Assembly (NCBI GenBank): GCA_964389675.1
Contig: CAYMEV010000005.1
Location: 62,001 to 126,000 of the forward strand
Direction of reading: 5' to 3'
Source: an uncultured Candidatus Sumerlaeota bacterium
GTDB taxonomy: Bacteria; CAYMEV01
DNA: 64,000 nt
Below are positions 49,061 to 58,982 of this stretch, one piece after another; the first letter of the stretch is position 1; each line of letters opens with the position of its first letter. A model generated the notes under the pieces. It worked only from the letters and a program-made list of their open reading frames with translations, had not been told where the DNA came from and made no database searches. The translations under genes were made by a program, and so were the position numbers.

Positions 49061-50443
49061 ATGGACAGCAGCATTCTTGTTATAGACGATGAAGAGATTA
49101 TAAGAGACATTCTCAAAAAGATCCTCACTAAACAGGGGTATAATGTAGATCTGTCAGAAAATGCAAAATCTGCCAGGAGGCTGTTTAAGGAAAACAGCTA
49201 TGATCTTGTAATTAGTGATCTTAAGCTTTGCGACGGCAATGGGATGGAGCTGCTGAAGGAGTTTCAGCTGATAAACCCGGCAACAAATTTTATCATGATT
49301 ACGGCATATGGCACTATTGACACTGCAATCGAAGCCATAAAGCTCGGTGCATCAGATTTTATAACAAAACCCTTTAAAAATGAAGAGATAATTAGATCAG
49401 TCCTGGTCTCATTAAAAAAAAGAGAAATCGTTAAAGAGAATATCAAACTAAAAGAGAAGATAAAGAGAGAGCATCAATTTGAGAATATAATAGGGAAATC
49501 AAAATCAATGGCATTGGTTTTTGACCAGATAGAAAAGGTTGCAAAATCAAATACCACAGTACTTATACGTGGAGAAAGCGGTACGGGAAAGGAGCTTGTG
49601 GCAAAGGCTATTCATTTCAGGAGCAGCAGATCATTAAATCCATTTATAGTTGTAAATACGAATAATTTTCCAAAAGATCTGATAGAAAGCAACCTTTTCG
49701 GGTATGAAAAAAATGCCTTCACTGGTGCTGAAAAAAGGAAATTAGGCCTTTTTGAAAAAGCAAATGAAGGCACCATCTTCCTTGATGAGATTGGGAACAT
49801 TGACAGAGAGATTCAAGCAAAGCTCCTGAGGGTAATTCAGGAGAAAGAATTTATAAAGCTTGGGGGCACCCATCCTGTAACGGTAGATGTCAGGATCTTA
49901 ACCGCCACGAATGAAAACCTTGAAAAAGCTATTAAGAATGACAGGTTCAGGGAGGACCTTTATTACAGGCTTAATGTGGTAAGCATATTTCTCCCCCCTC
50001 TGAGGGAAAGGAAAGAGGATATTCCACTCCTTATTTCCCACTTCATAGAGCTTTTTAACAAAGAACAGGGTAAAAGGATAAAAGGTGTGGATGAAAAGGT
50101 CTTAGGGTTGCTGTTATCTTATGACTGGCCCGGGAATGTCAGGCAGCTTAAGAATGTCATCGAAAGTGCTGTCATTTTCTCGGAAAAGAATGAAATCACC
50201 ATGGAAAGCATTAATGATAAAATGCTGGAAAACAGGAAAAAAAACATAAAGTTTTATCCATCAGATGTATTCCCGATTGATTTTAACAGTCATGTAGATC
50301 AGTATAAAAGAAACATTATAATCGAGGCGCTTAAGGAAACAAATGGCGTCCAGAGAAAAGCTGCAGCCTTGCTGACGGTAAAACCAACTACTCTTAATGA
50401 ATTAATAAAAAGGCTGGGGATTAACACGAAAGGCAAGTGGTAA
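49061..50443 (+). CDS. Sigma54-dependent response regulator (NtrC family)
   Basis: Receiver domain, GESGTGKE, NAFTGA, FLDEI, FREDLYYRL, WPGNVR, C-terminal HTH. Confidence 0.94.
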   Translation: MDSSILVIDDEEIIRDILKKILTKQGYNVDLSENAKSARRLFKENSYDLVISDLKLCDGNGMELLKEFQLINPATNFIMITAYGTIDTAIEAIKLGASDFITKPFKNEEIIRSVLVSLKKREIVKENIKLKEKIKREHQFENIIGKSKSMALVFDQIEKVAKSNTTVLIRGESGTGKELVAKAIHFRSSRSLNPFIVVNTNNFPKDLIESNLFGYEKNAFTGAEKRKLGLFEKANEGTIFLDEIGNIDREIQAKLLRVIQEKEFIKLGGTHPVTVDVRILTATNENLEKAIKNDRFREDLYYRLNVVSIFLPPLRERKEDIPLLISHFIELFNKEQGKRIKGVDEKVLGLLLSYDWPGNVRQLKNVIESAVIFSEKNEITMESINDKMLENRKKNIKFYPSDVFPIDFNSHVDQYKRNIIIEALKETNGVQRKAAALLTVKPTTLNELIKRLGINTKGKW

Positions 50444-52101
50444 TGAATGAAGATAACTTGAGAAAGTATATTGCTGTTACTGGCGGCGTTCTGTCAGGCC
50501 TGGGCAAGGGCATAGCTGCTGCCAGCATAGGATTTCTGATGTCAAAGAACCTGAGGGTAATTCCAATTAAGTGTGACGGCTATCTGAATACAGATCCTGG
50601 AACAATGAATCCTATTGAGCATGGAGAAGTCTTTGTACTTGATGATGGCGGAGAAGTTGACATGGATTTCGGCCATTATGAAAGGTTTTTAAACATTGAA
50701 GCAAAGATCGAGTGGAATATTACCATGGGGAAAATATTCCAGTCCATACTGAAAAAAGAAAGGGAAGGCATCTTTTTAGGAAAAACAGTCCAATTTATTC
50801 CGCATGTTGTTGATGAGATCAAACAGAAGATAAGGAATATCATTGACATTGAAAAACCTGAAATAGTGCTCATTGAAGTCGGCGGTACTGTCGGTGATAT
50901 GGAAAACGAGCTTTTTCTGGAAGCTCTCAGGCAGATGCGCCTGGAAGAAGGCAAAAATAATTTCCTTTTTGTCCACCTTACATATGTCCCTATACCCAGC
51001 GGGGTTAATGAACAGAAATCAAAACCGACCCAGCAGAGTGTAAAGCTTCTCAATGAAAGGGGAATACACCCTGATATAATCATAGGAAGGTGTGAGCTTC
51101 CCCTGACAAAGGAGATAAAAAAGAAAATAGCCATGTTCTGTAATATAAGTGAAAAAGAGGTCATTTCAGGTGTCGATACAAACTGCATTTATGAAATACC
51201 AATTAATTATGATAAAGATGGTATAACCGCCATAATTAACAAGAGATTTAATATCTACTGCCCTCCAAGCCTGGATGAATGGGAAAATCTGGTCAAGAAC
51301 ATAAAATCCACCCTGAAATCGCCGGCTAGAACCATAAGGCTGTCCATATGCGGAAAATATACTAAGCTTGAGGACAGCTATGCATCAATACGGGAGGCTG
51401 TTATCCATTGTGAAGCCCACCTGAAGGTTAAAGTAAATATCGAATGGATCGATACCTCAGCAATTGAATCAGGCAATATAGATATAAAAGATGCCTTGAA
51501 AAACACCGATGCAATAATAATACCGGGAGGATTCGGGTTCAGAGGCATGGAAGGCAAGGTAAAGGTTGTAGAGTATGCAAGGGAGAATCATGTTCCATTT
51601 TTGGGCATCTGTCTGGGACTGCAGATAGCAGTAATTGAATTTTGCAGAAATAAATGTGCAATACCAGATGCGACAACAGAAGAGGTCCTTGAATACGGCA
51701 ACAATAAAAGCAGTAATTTTGTCATATGTCTGCTGCCGGAACAGAAGAAAATTATGGATAAAGGTGCATCCATGAGGCTTGGAGGATATGATATAAGGCT
51801 TGTTAATGATACTCTTGCCTATTCGATATTCAAATCTGATATAATAAGAAGAAGATTCCGCCACAGGCTGGAAGTAAATCCTGATTTCCATGATATACTG
51901 AGCGAAAAAGGCCTTGTGATGAGTGGCTGGGATGAATCAATGAAGATTGTGAAAATAATAGAAATTAAAGACCATCCGTACTTTATAGCTGTGCAATTCC
52001 ACCCGGAACTTACAAGCAAGCTTCATAAGCCTTCACCATTGTTTTTGGGGCTGATAAACGCAGCCATAGAAAGGAAGTATAAAGAACCGGAAAATGGCTG
52101 A
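50443..52101 (+). CDS. pyrG: CTP synthase
   Basis: GGVLSGLGKG, DPGTM, HGEVFV, GHYERF, KPTQ, PGGFG, GICLG, RHR, QFHPE. Confidence 0.97.
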   Translation: MNEDNLRKYIAVTGGVLSGLGKGIAAASIGFLMSKNLRVIPIKCDGYLNTDPGTMNPIEHGEVFVLDDGGEVDMDFGHYERFLNIEAKIEWNITMGKIFQSILKKEREGIFLGKTVQFIPHVVDEIKQKIRNIIDIEKPEIVLIEVGGTVGDMENELFLEALRQMRLEEGKNNFLFVHLTYVPIPSGVNEQKSKPTQQSVKLLNERGIHPDIIIGRCELPLTKEIKKKIAMFCNISEKEVISGVDTNCIYEIPINYDKDGITAIINKRFNIYCPPSLDEWENLVKNIKSTLKSPARTIRLSICGKYTKLEDSYASIREAVIHCEAHLKVKVNIEWIDTSAIESGNIDIKDALKNTDAIIIPGGFGFRGMEGKVKVVEYARENHVPFLGICLGLQIAVIEFCRNKCAIPDATTEEVLEYGNNKSSNFVICLLPEQKKIMDKGASMRLGGYDIRLVNDTLAYSIFKSDIIRRRFRHRLEVNPDFHDILSEKGLVMSGWDESMKIVKIIEIKDHPYFIAVQFHPELTSKLHKPSPLFLGLINAAIERKYKEPENG

Positions 52102-52996
52102 TATAGAATCGCATATTAACAGATCCTATGAAAATATAATGTCCTTGCTGAACAGAAATGATATCAGCTCAAGCGAAATAGAAGAAATAGTAAAAAGCAG
52201 GTATATATCTCAGTACAAAGTGCAGAAAGCAATTATGTTCAATCCTGCAACACCTTTGACAATCAGCATGAGGTATATTAATTACCTGCGATACAAGGAT
52301 CTTGAGGGCCTTATCATCTCTCCATATATATCCCATATCCTGAAAAAAAAGGCTGAAAGCCTTCTTGTAACCCGTTATGATTCATTAACTCTTGGAGAAA
52401 AGGTTGAGCTGTCAAAGCGGACCAGGAACAGGGCTTTATTCAGCCTGCTGCTAAATGAGGATAATGATCGTATATGGAATAATACCCTGCGGAATCCTAA
52501 TCTCTTTGAGAAAGAACTTGTTATCTATACCAGGACAAAGCTAAAAGACCCTCTTCTTGCTGAATTTATTATGGAAACGGCCAGGTGGGGATCAAATTAT
52601 TCAATAAAAAGGTCGCTGGCTTATAATCGTAACACCCCCCTGCACCTTATTTATGAGATTGGATATGATCTTTTGATCAGCGATATTTCATCTATACTGG
52701 AGGAAGATACTGTAAAAAATGAAGTAAAGGCTATTTTGTGGAATATATTCAAGCAGAAGATTGGAAACCTGGATGAAGAAAAACAGCTGCTTCTCTGTGA
52801 TTCCAGCAATAAATGGATTATCAATGCACTCATTGATCATAATAAGATAGAATTAAACAAGAAGCTCCTTAATAACAGCAATCTTTCAACAAATCATTTA
52901 ATGGTAATGAAGAACAATCTTGGCAAGCTAAAAGATGACATAGAGGGGAAGGAGGAGATCCTGGATTGTATAGAAAAAAAGCTGACAAAGAAATAA
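52094..52996 (+). CDS. Hypothetical alpha-helical repeat protein (N-P-x-T-P repeats)
   Basis: NPATP, NPNL, NRNTP repeats; similar to the C-terminal domain of 53739..54962. Confidence 0.65.
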   Translation: MADIESHINRSYENIMSLLNRNDISSSEIEEIVKSRYISQYKVQKAIMFNPATPLTISMRYINYLRYKDLEGLIISPYISHILKKKAESLLVTRYDSLTLGEKVELSKRTRNRALFSLLLNEDNDRIWNNTLRNPNLFEKELVIYTRTKLKDPLLAEFIMETARWGSNYSIKRSLAYNRNTPLHLIYEIGYDLLISDISSILEEDTVKNEVKAILWNIFKQKIGNLDEEKQLLLCDSSNKWIINALIDHNKIELNKKLLNNSNLSTNHLMVMKNNLGKLKDDIEGKEEILDCIEKKLTKK

Positions 52997-53724
52997 AGCC
53001 TGATCCAATCAGGGAATTTGCCATTTACCTAAAAAATTCGAGGGTACTGATGAATATATCATTTGAAGAACTTGCAAGGTATTCAAGAATCAATAAAAGC
53101 CACCTTAGAGGCATTGAGGAAGGAAACCATGACGAATATATGAATAAAACCTATGCAAGAGGATTCATTAAAGCGTATGCAGACTGCATAGGGCTTGATG
53201 TGGATGATACTATCTCGCGCTATAATAACGCTTTGCAGAAATATATGCAGATGAATAAGATGAATATCCTTAAAAGGTATAAAAAACTGCTGCCATTATT
53301 CCTGGTATCTCTTATTATTCTCTCTGCAATACTGCTGACTGTAAAAACAGGTTTTTTCAAACAAGGTATAACTGATCCAGGCAAATCCTCCAGTATAAAA
53401 AACACAAATAAAGAGGCTGTTACCGAAGCGGAAAAGGGTAAAGGGCCCGAGGAAGGCGAACCTTTGCAGGAGCAAAATACCTTAAAAATCTGCAGTGAGG
53501 ATAACATAGTCGTTTCACTGATGACCGAAGAAGGTATAATATCGGAAGAAATCCTTATGCCTGATGACTGCAGGACATACAGATTTGAATCATATATAAT
53601 TATCTCTGTTTCTGACCTGTCTAAGGCTCATATCAGTCACAATAACGAAGATATTATTGATAAATTACGCAATTCATCAAAAAATAATATACTTATAAAT
53701 TATAAGCTGGAAGCGCTAAAATAG
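52966..53724 (+). CDS. rodZ: RodZ-like protein (XRE-type HTH, TM helix, periplasmic domain)
   Basis: L..SR….S.EE.A…RI….L..IEEG, YARGFIKAYA..GLD; TM helix; TTG start with GGAGGAG SD. Confidence 0.78.
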   Translation: MYRKKADKEIKPDPIREFAIYLKNSRVLMNISFEELARYSRINKSHLRGIEEGNHDEYMNKTYARGFIKAYADCIGLDVDDTISRYNNALQKYMQMNKMNILKRYKKLLPLFLVSLIILSAILLTVKTGFFKQGITDPGKSSSIKNTNKEAVTEAEKGKGPEEGEPLQEQNTLKICSEDNIVVSLMTEEGIISEEILMPDDCRTYRFESYIIISVSDLSKAHISHNNEDIIDKLRNSSKNNILINYKLEALK

Positions 53725-53738
53725 AAAGGAGCTGAAAA

Positions 53739-54962
53739 ATGGACTTATCAGAAAGAATTATAAATGACCTTAAAAATAATAATCTCCCTGAACATATTAA
53801 AAATATGATAATCGATGCTTCCATGCCTTTAGGGCAGGATGAGAGAATAAAATGCCTGCTGTACATTTCACTTGATGATAAGAAGGAAATCTCAGAAAGA
53901 GCGGCAGAAACATTGAATATCCTGGATCAGGGATCTCTGATCGATTTTGTAAGAACACAAAAAATGGATGATCTGCTCTTCAAAGCTATTGTAAAATCCA
54001 TGGGAAAACATGATAAAATAGTGACCACTGCAATAACACACAAGGATTTTAATGAAGCTGTAGCAAGAGAAATACTGCGGGATGAAACAACTCCATTAAG
54101 TACTCTTGAGCTGTTTTCCATAAACCAGGCAATGTTTTATAAATTCCCTCAATTAATTGATATACTTTTTGAAAATAACAGGATTACAAAGGAAATTTCA
54201 GACAGGCTCACCAGGTACCGCGAGGGTATTATTGCTGAAGAAAGAATGAGAGAGGGCATTAAGAAGGGTTCACATTTCAGCATCTCAGAAGAATATGAAC
54301 TTGTCAGCGATACCAAAGCAGCAGAGCAGGCAAAGGAGGCTGTAACCCTGGAACAGCAGAAAAAACCTGATGCAATCGCCCTTGAAGAAGGGGAGACTCT
54401 GGTTACGGACCTTGCTATAATAGAGGAGATATATGAAGATGATCAGATATTCAATATTGCATCATCAAAAAGGGACAAAGCCTCAGAGAAGTATGAGAAA
54501 GAATCCTCCCCCAAAAAGCGGATAAGTGTCCAGAACCTGATAAACACACTATCGGTATCAGGGCAGATAAAGCTGGCTTTCAAGGGAAATAAGGAAGCTC
54601 GCTCAATATTGATCAGAAGCCCCAAGAAAATTATAGCCCAGGCAGTTCTTCAAAATCCGAAAATAAATGAAAATGAGATCGAATTCTATGCAAAACTCAG
54701 AAATATATCTGAAGATATCCTAAGAAGTATAGCAAGAAACCCTGAATGGGTCAAGAAGCCTTCAATAATGCGGGGGCTGCTGTATAATCCCAAAACACCA
54801 GCTTCTATTGCAATGTCTTTCCTAAGCAGAATTACAAAAAAGGAGATCAAGGATATCTCAAAGTCCAAGAGCCTGCCTCAGGCAATAAGGATAGCCGCGA
54901 AAAGGCTTGTTATGCAGGATCAGGCAAGAGAAGATAAACTGAGAAGGGCGGGGAAAAAGTAG
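53739..54962 (+). CDS. Conserved-type hypothetical alpha-helical repeat protein
   Basis: C-terminal domain IKLA.KGNKEAR..LIR…AVL.NPK…W……L..NPKTP. Confidence 0.7.
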   Translation: MDLSERIINDLKNNNLPEHIKNMIIDASMPLGQDERIKCLLYISLDDKKEISERAAETLNILDQGSLIDFVRTQKMDDLLFKAIVKSMGKHDKIVTTAITHKDFNEAVAREILRDETTPLSTLELFSINQAMFYKFPQLIDILFENNRITKEISDRLTRYREGIIAEERMREGIKKGSHFSISEEYELVSDTKAAEQAKEAVTLEQQKKPDAIALEEGETLVTDLAIIEEIYEDDQIFNIASSKRDKASEKYEKESSPKKRISVQNLINTLSVSGQIKLAFKGNKEARSILIRSPKKIIAQAVLQNPKINENEIEFYAKLRNISEDILRSIARNPEWVKKPSIMRGLLYNPKTPASIAMSFLSRITKKEIKDISKSKSLPQAIRIAAKRLVMQDQAREDKLRRAGKK

Positions 54963-54966
54963 CGTT

Positions 54967-57204
54967 TTATTCTTTCACGCAGGGAAACTCAATGCGGAAG
55001 ATGCATCCTCCCGGCTTATTGTCCAGAACCCTTATATAAGCCATATGTTCCGCTACTATCGATAGGACTATTGATAATCCAAGGCCTGTACCGCTTTTTT
55101 CCTTTTTAGTCGAAAAATATGGCATGAAAAGGTTTTCTTTCTGCTTTTTAGATAAACCATGCCCATTATCCCTTATCTCTACTGCTACTATATCCTGTCT
55201 TTTATCATATAATGAAGCTATGGTAACGGTGCCTTCTTCGGATACAGCCTCAATCGCATTGTTTATAAGATTGTTGATGGCCCTTTTCATTGTTTCTCTG
55301 TCCAGCATTATATTTGGCAATCCCTCTTCTAATTCCAGATTAAGATCTATTTTAAGTTTCTGACTGTGATAATATGTATAAATATCAGACAGGAGCGCAT
55401 TTATATCGTCTTTTCGAGTGACTATTGACGGTAATTTGGCAAACCTGTGAAATTCGTTTACCAGCACCTTGATCGTATTGATCGATTCTTCAAGTATAAA
55501 TCTGTTCTCATCAAAGAAGCTTTTATACTGTGACAGGTCCTTGTTTTTATCAATTGCACGGCATATCCTTTGAACAGAAAGCTGGAGAGGTGTAAGAGGA
55601 TTCTTGATCTCATGGGCGATTCTTTTTGCCACCTCCTTCCAGGCGGTTAATTTCTCCGCCCTGATAATATCGCTGATATCCTCAATCACCATGAATATAT
55701 GCCTGTCTTTCTCAAGCCCGGCTGAAATTACCTGAGATGTTGCTATTATAGTCCTGGATACATTATTAATATCAAGGGAGAGTGTCTTTGATATTTCTTT
55801 CTTTTCAACCATTTTCGTCCTGTTTATAATGGACAGCAGCGGAAGGTAATTCTCCTTAAAAATATCATTAATATTCCCGCCAATCAGCTCATTCTCCTTA
55901 TATCCAAAGTATTCAAGAAAAGACCTGTTTGCTGTTATTACCTTATCATCCATCGATATGACCAGGATACCTGATGATATATTCTGAATCAAAAGCTCAA
56001 TAAACCTGGATTTCGCCTCCAATTCAACTGTTTTATGTTCAAGTGACTCATTGACTTTCTGAAGGCTGTCCCGGCTTTGCTTAATATCCCTTATCATAAG
56101 GTTGAAGGAATCGATAAGAGTACCTATTTCCTGCCCGGAGTGCTTTTCGAGCATAAAATTAAAATCACCCTTAGCGATTTTTTGAGTACCCCTGATCAGG
56201 CTTACTATTGGAACAGTTATCTCTTTGGAAAAATGAAGGCCAAACCATACAGCCATAAAAATAATCAGTGTGGATATTAGCATAAGGCTGTAATAATAAT
56301 AATTCTTCATGGAAGCCTGAAGCACACTCTGCTGTTCGAATTTGGAGCTGAATCTATAAATCTCATCAAGAAAACCTGATATCTCTGAAGGGATTATATT
56401 ATATGACATAATAAGCATATCAGGGACATCTGAAATAATATGCTTTAATATCAGATATGTATCCTTATCAGAAAGGATCTTTCCTTCCAGGAGGGCATCC
56501 CCGATATCGGCCTGGTTAATAACCTCTCTGCTGATATAGCCTTCTATATAAGAATCTTTAATATTGCTGAATATTGCTTTTTTATTAAGAATAACCATAA
56601 TACCTTTTATAAAGCTTTTTTTATTTTCAAAAACAGGGCTTTCAGACAATATCTTCTGAATTGATTCTGTATCTCCGCCTGCTGATTTTATGCTTTCTGA
56701 AATATCCTCAGTAATGGAGGAAAGGTACTCCCTCTGAAGCTGGAGGTAGTTATCAGCAATTGACTGACTATATTGAATATTCTTGGAAAAATCTATATCG
56801 AACCACTGATCAATGCTGAATTTAAGAAGCCTTGATGAAATATATATGGTGAAAGCAGTAGGTACGATAGCGAGTATAAGGAATATCAAAACCACTTTAG
56901 CCTTAAAATGTGTTCCGGTTTTTTTCTGGTACCATTCCAGGACGAGCATGATAATCTCTCTCGAGATCAGCATAAATAGAAGGAGGATTAGAATAAAATT
57001 GATCCTCTCAATAATAAAAAGGATCCAGTAATAACCCTCAGATGCCTCTTTAGGGATATAATCCTGTTTCAGGATATTGCTTCGAAACCACAGGGATAAA
57101 ACCAGAATTATCATGATTGCAAGAGAGAAAATTCTGTTTTTAAGCCTTCTTTTCTTTCTCAGCTTCTGGTAATATTCATTGTTTTTTTCAATGTAATCAT
57201 ACAT
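54967..57204 (-). CDS. ntrY: NtrY-like membrane sensor histidine kinase (HAMP, PAS)
   Basis: N-terminal TMs, SIDQWF, HAMP, PAS, AWKEVAKRIAHEIKNPLTPLQLS, EFHRFAKLP, GTGLGL. Confidence 0.85.
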   Translation of the reverse strand: MYDYIEKNNEYYQKLRKKRRLKNRIFSLAIMIILVLSLWFRSNILKQDYIPKEASEGYYWILFIIERINFILILLLFMLISREIIMLVLEWYQKKTGTHFKAKVVLIFLILAIVPTAFTIYISSRLLKFSIDQWFDIDFSKNIQYSQSIADNYLQLQREYLSSITEDISESIKSAGGDTESIQKILSESPVFENKKSFIKGIMVILNKKAIFSNIKDSYIEGYISREVINQADIGDALLEGKILSDKDTYLILKHIISDVPDMLIMSYNIIPSEISGFLDEIYRFSSKFEQQSVLQASMKNYYYYSLMLISTLIIFMAVWFGLHFSKEITVPIVSLIRGTQKIAKGDFNFMLEKHSGQEIGTLIDSFNLMIRDIKQSRDSLQKVNESLEHKTVELEAKSRFIELLIQNISSGILVISMDDKVITANRSFLEYFGYKENELIGGNINDIFKENYLPLLSIINRTKMVEKKEISKTLSLDINNVSRTIIATSQVISAGLEKDRHIFMVIEDISDIIRAEKLTAWKEVAKRIAHEIKNPLTPLQLSVQRICRAIDKNKDLSQYKSFFDENRFILEESINTIKVLVNEFHRFAKLPSIVTRKDDINALLSDIYTYYHSQKLKIDLNLELEEGLPNIMLDRETMKRAINNLINNAIEAVSEEGTVTIASLYDKRQDIVAVEIRDNGHGLSKKQKENLFMPYFSTKKEKSGTGLGLSIVLSIVAEHMAYIRVLDNKPGGCIFRIEFPCVKE

Positions 57205-57219
57205 TTCATAACTCGAATA

Positions 57220-57786
57220 TCATTCTATCCTGTTAAGCAGTTCTTCAATAGTGAAATAGCCACCTTTAACCCATTCTGTAGTAAAGCTTCCGGGAATCTT
57301 AAATAACTCAAAGTGGTCGTTCATCTTTACCCTGATCCTGATATAGCATCTTCTTTTTGAATATATATGAATATCCTTAAGGCTTATAAAAACTGCAAAA
57401 TAGCTGACATGGCTTATAAGTTCATCAATGCTTTCAAAATACTGTTCCTTCGGGGCTGCAGGAAGGCCATCCTGATGCTTCAGCACAAATTGCTTTGTTT
57501 TTTTATCATATTGGATGCTTTTAGTAAAGGATTCAGATACAGCTTTATCATCAAACCAGAAGGATTTATGCCTGAATATCTGCACCCTTAAAGCAATCTT
57601 AACGGGTATTGTGCTGTAGAGAGTTTCCTTTAATTCAGGAGTGACCCAATCCCTGAGCAATGTGCTAATTATCAGGTGATTATCATAAATCCGGACTTTG
57701 GGAGGTGATAAATTGGCTGCTTTTGCCTGGATAGAAACGGAGACAGCAAATATCAGAATTAAAACTGCATAATAGTTTTTATTCAT
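57220..57786 (-). CDS. DUF4390-like exported protein
   Basis: Signal peptide, FWFD…IQYD..TKQF pattern; directly upstream of ntrY. Confidence 0.7.
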   Translation of the reverse strand: MNKNYYAVLILIFAVSVSIQAKAANLSPPKVRIYDNHLIISTLLRDWVTPELKETLYSTIPVKIALRVQIFRHKSFWFDDKAVSESFTKSIQYDKKTKQFVLKHQDGLPAAPKEQYFESIDELISHVSYFAVFISLKDIHIYSKRRCYIRIRVKMNDHFELFKIPGSFTTEWVKGGYFTIEELLNRIE

Positions 57787-57792
57787 ATAAAG

Positions 57793-57820
57793 ATTATACA
57801 GATGCTTTAAAATATGTAAA
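57793..57820 (-). promoter_or_regulatory. Putative sigma70 promoter of DUF4390-ntrY (likely leaderless)
   Basis: Minus strand TTTACA-16 nt-TATAAT; ATG lies 6 nt after the -10 box, no SD. Confidence 0.55.
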
Positions 57821-57849
57821 GCAATTTAGATATCTTAAAGACAGAAAGA

Positions 57850-57899
57850 TGTAGCAATTTTGCAACACTGTACATCATAAATGTATCAAAAATGCAACA
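57850..57899. promoter_or_regulatory. Two 18-bp TGT-N12-ACA sites, putative enhancer-binding protein sites
   Basis: TGTAGCAATTTTGCAACA (57850-57867) and TGTATCAAAAATGCAACA (57882-57899), 32 bp apart. Confidence 0.7.
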
Positions 57900-57972
57900 G
57901 CCCTCCCAAGCCATTACTTTCTAATATTATGCAAGTCACATTTAAAAAAGAGTTTAAATAAAATCTTATAAA

Positions 57973-57988
57973 TGGCATGATTTTTGCA
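57973..57988 (+). promoter_or_regulatory. Sigma54 (-24/-12) promoter of lpxC
   Basis: TGGCATGATTTTTGCA: GG-N10-GC, close to consensus TGGCAC-N5-TTGCW. Confidence 0.85.
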
Positions 57989-58026
57989 TATAATAAGGGT
58001 GAATTGTTATACATGGAGAGAATTAT

Positions 58027-58935
58027 ATGATTAGAGTCCTCAGAGAAAAGCTTAAATTTCAGCACACCATCAAGGGAGATATAATGGTCTCGGGGACAGG
58101 GCTTCATACCGGCAAGGATGTTTCCATGATCATCAGGCCGGCTCCTGCCAATACAGGCATAGCTTTCCGAAGGACTGACATTGATGTAACTATTCCTGCC
58201 TCTCCTTCCTATATATCAAAGCTGAATTTCAGCACAAATCTTCAGCGCGGGAATGCATTTGTAAAGACGGTAGAACATCTGATGGCAGCTTTCTTTATTC
58301 TGAACATAGATAATGCTGTTATTGAGATTAACAATGAAGAAGTGCCGATTCTTGATGGAAGTTCAAGGGAATATATAAGAAAGATCCTGACACTTGGAAT
58401 CAGAAGGCAGAATGCATTAAGAGAATATATTATTATTAATGACCCATTCACAATTGAAGACGGCGAAAAATATATTGCATACACCCCTGGAAATTCTCTT
58501 GAGATAGACTACACTATAGATTTTAATAACAGGCTTCTTAAGAATAAAAGTATGAAAATTGCATTCTCAACATTTGATTTCATAAACAATATAGCGCCTG
58601 CCAGAACATTCTGCTTTCTGAATGATATTAAGCAGCTCAAAAATAATGGATATATAAAGGGCGGAAATCTGTCAAATGCATTGGTCTTTGGCTCAAAAAT
58701 CATTCTTAATGAACCAAGGCTTCCGGATGAACCTCTGAAGCACAAGATACTTGATTTTATAGGGGACCTGTATCTACTGACAAAGCCAATACTGGGCAAA
58801 TTCACAATATATAAGGGTGGACACAGGCTTCATTCCCTGATGACAAAAAAGATATATCATGATTATATATGCCATAGCAATCTTCATTCCATTGAAATCG
58901 AAAATATGCTCCAGAAAGAGTACAGTTTCATATAA
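58027..58935 (+). CDS. lpxC: UDP-3-O-acyl-N-acetylglucosamine deacetylase
   Basis: G.GLHTG, TVEHL, EVPILDGS, APARTF, HKILD..GDL, GGH. Confidence 0.96.
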   Translation: MIRVLREKLKFQHTIKGDIMVSGTGLHTGKDVSMIIRPAPANTGIAFRRTDIDVTIPASPSYISKLNFSTNLQRGNAFVKTVEHLMAAFFILNIDNAVIEINNEEVPILDGSSREYIRKILTLGIRRQNALREYIIINDPFTIEDGEKYIAYTPGNSLEIDYTIDFNNRLLKNKSMKIAFSTFDFINNIAPARTFCFLNDIKQLKNNGYIKGGNLSNALVFGSKIILNEPRLPDEPLKHKILDFIGDLYLLTKPILGKFTIYKGGHRLHSLMTKKIYHDYICHSNLHSIEIENMLQKEYSFI

Positions 58936-58982
58936 GCCTTCCCTTTAATACTCCGGATCCACCCTTCTATCACATGAAATGA

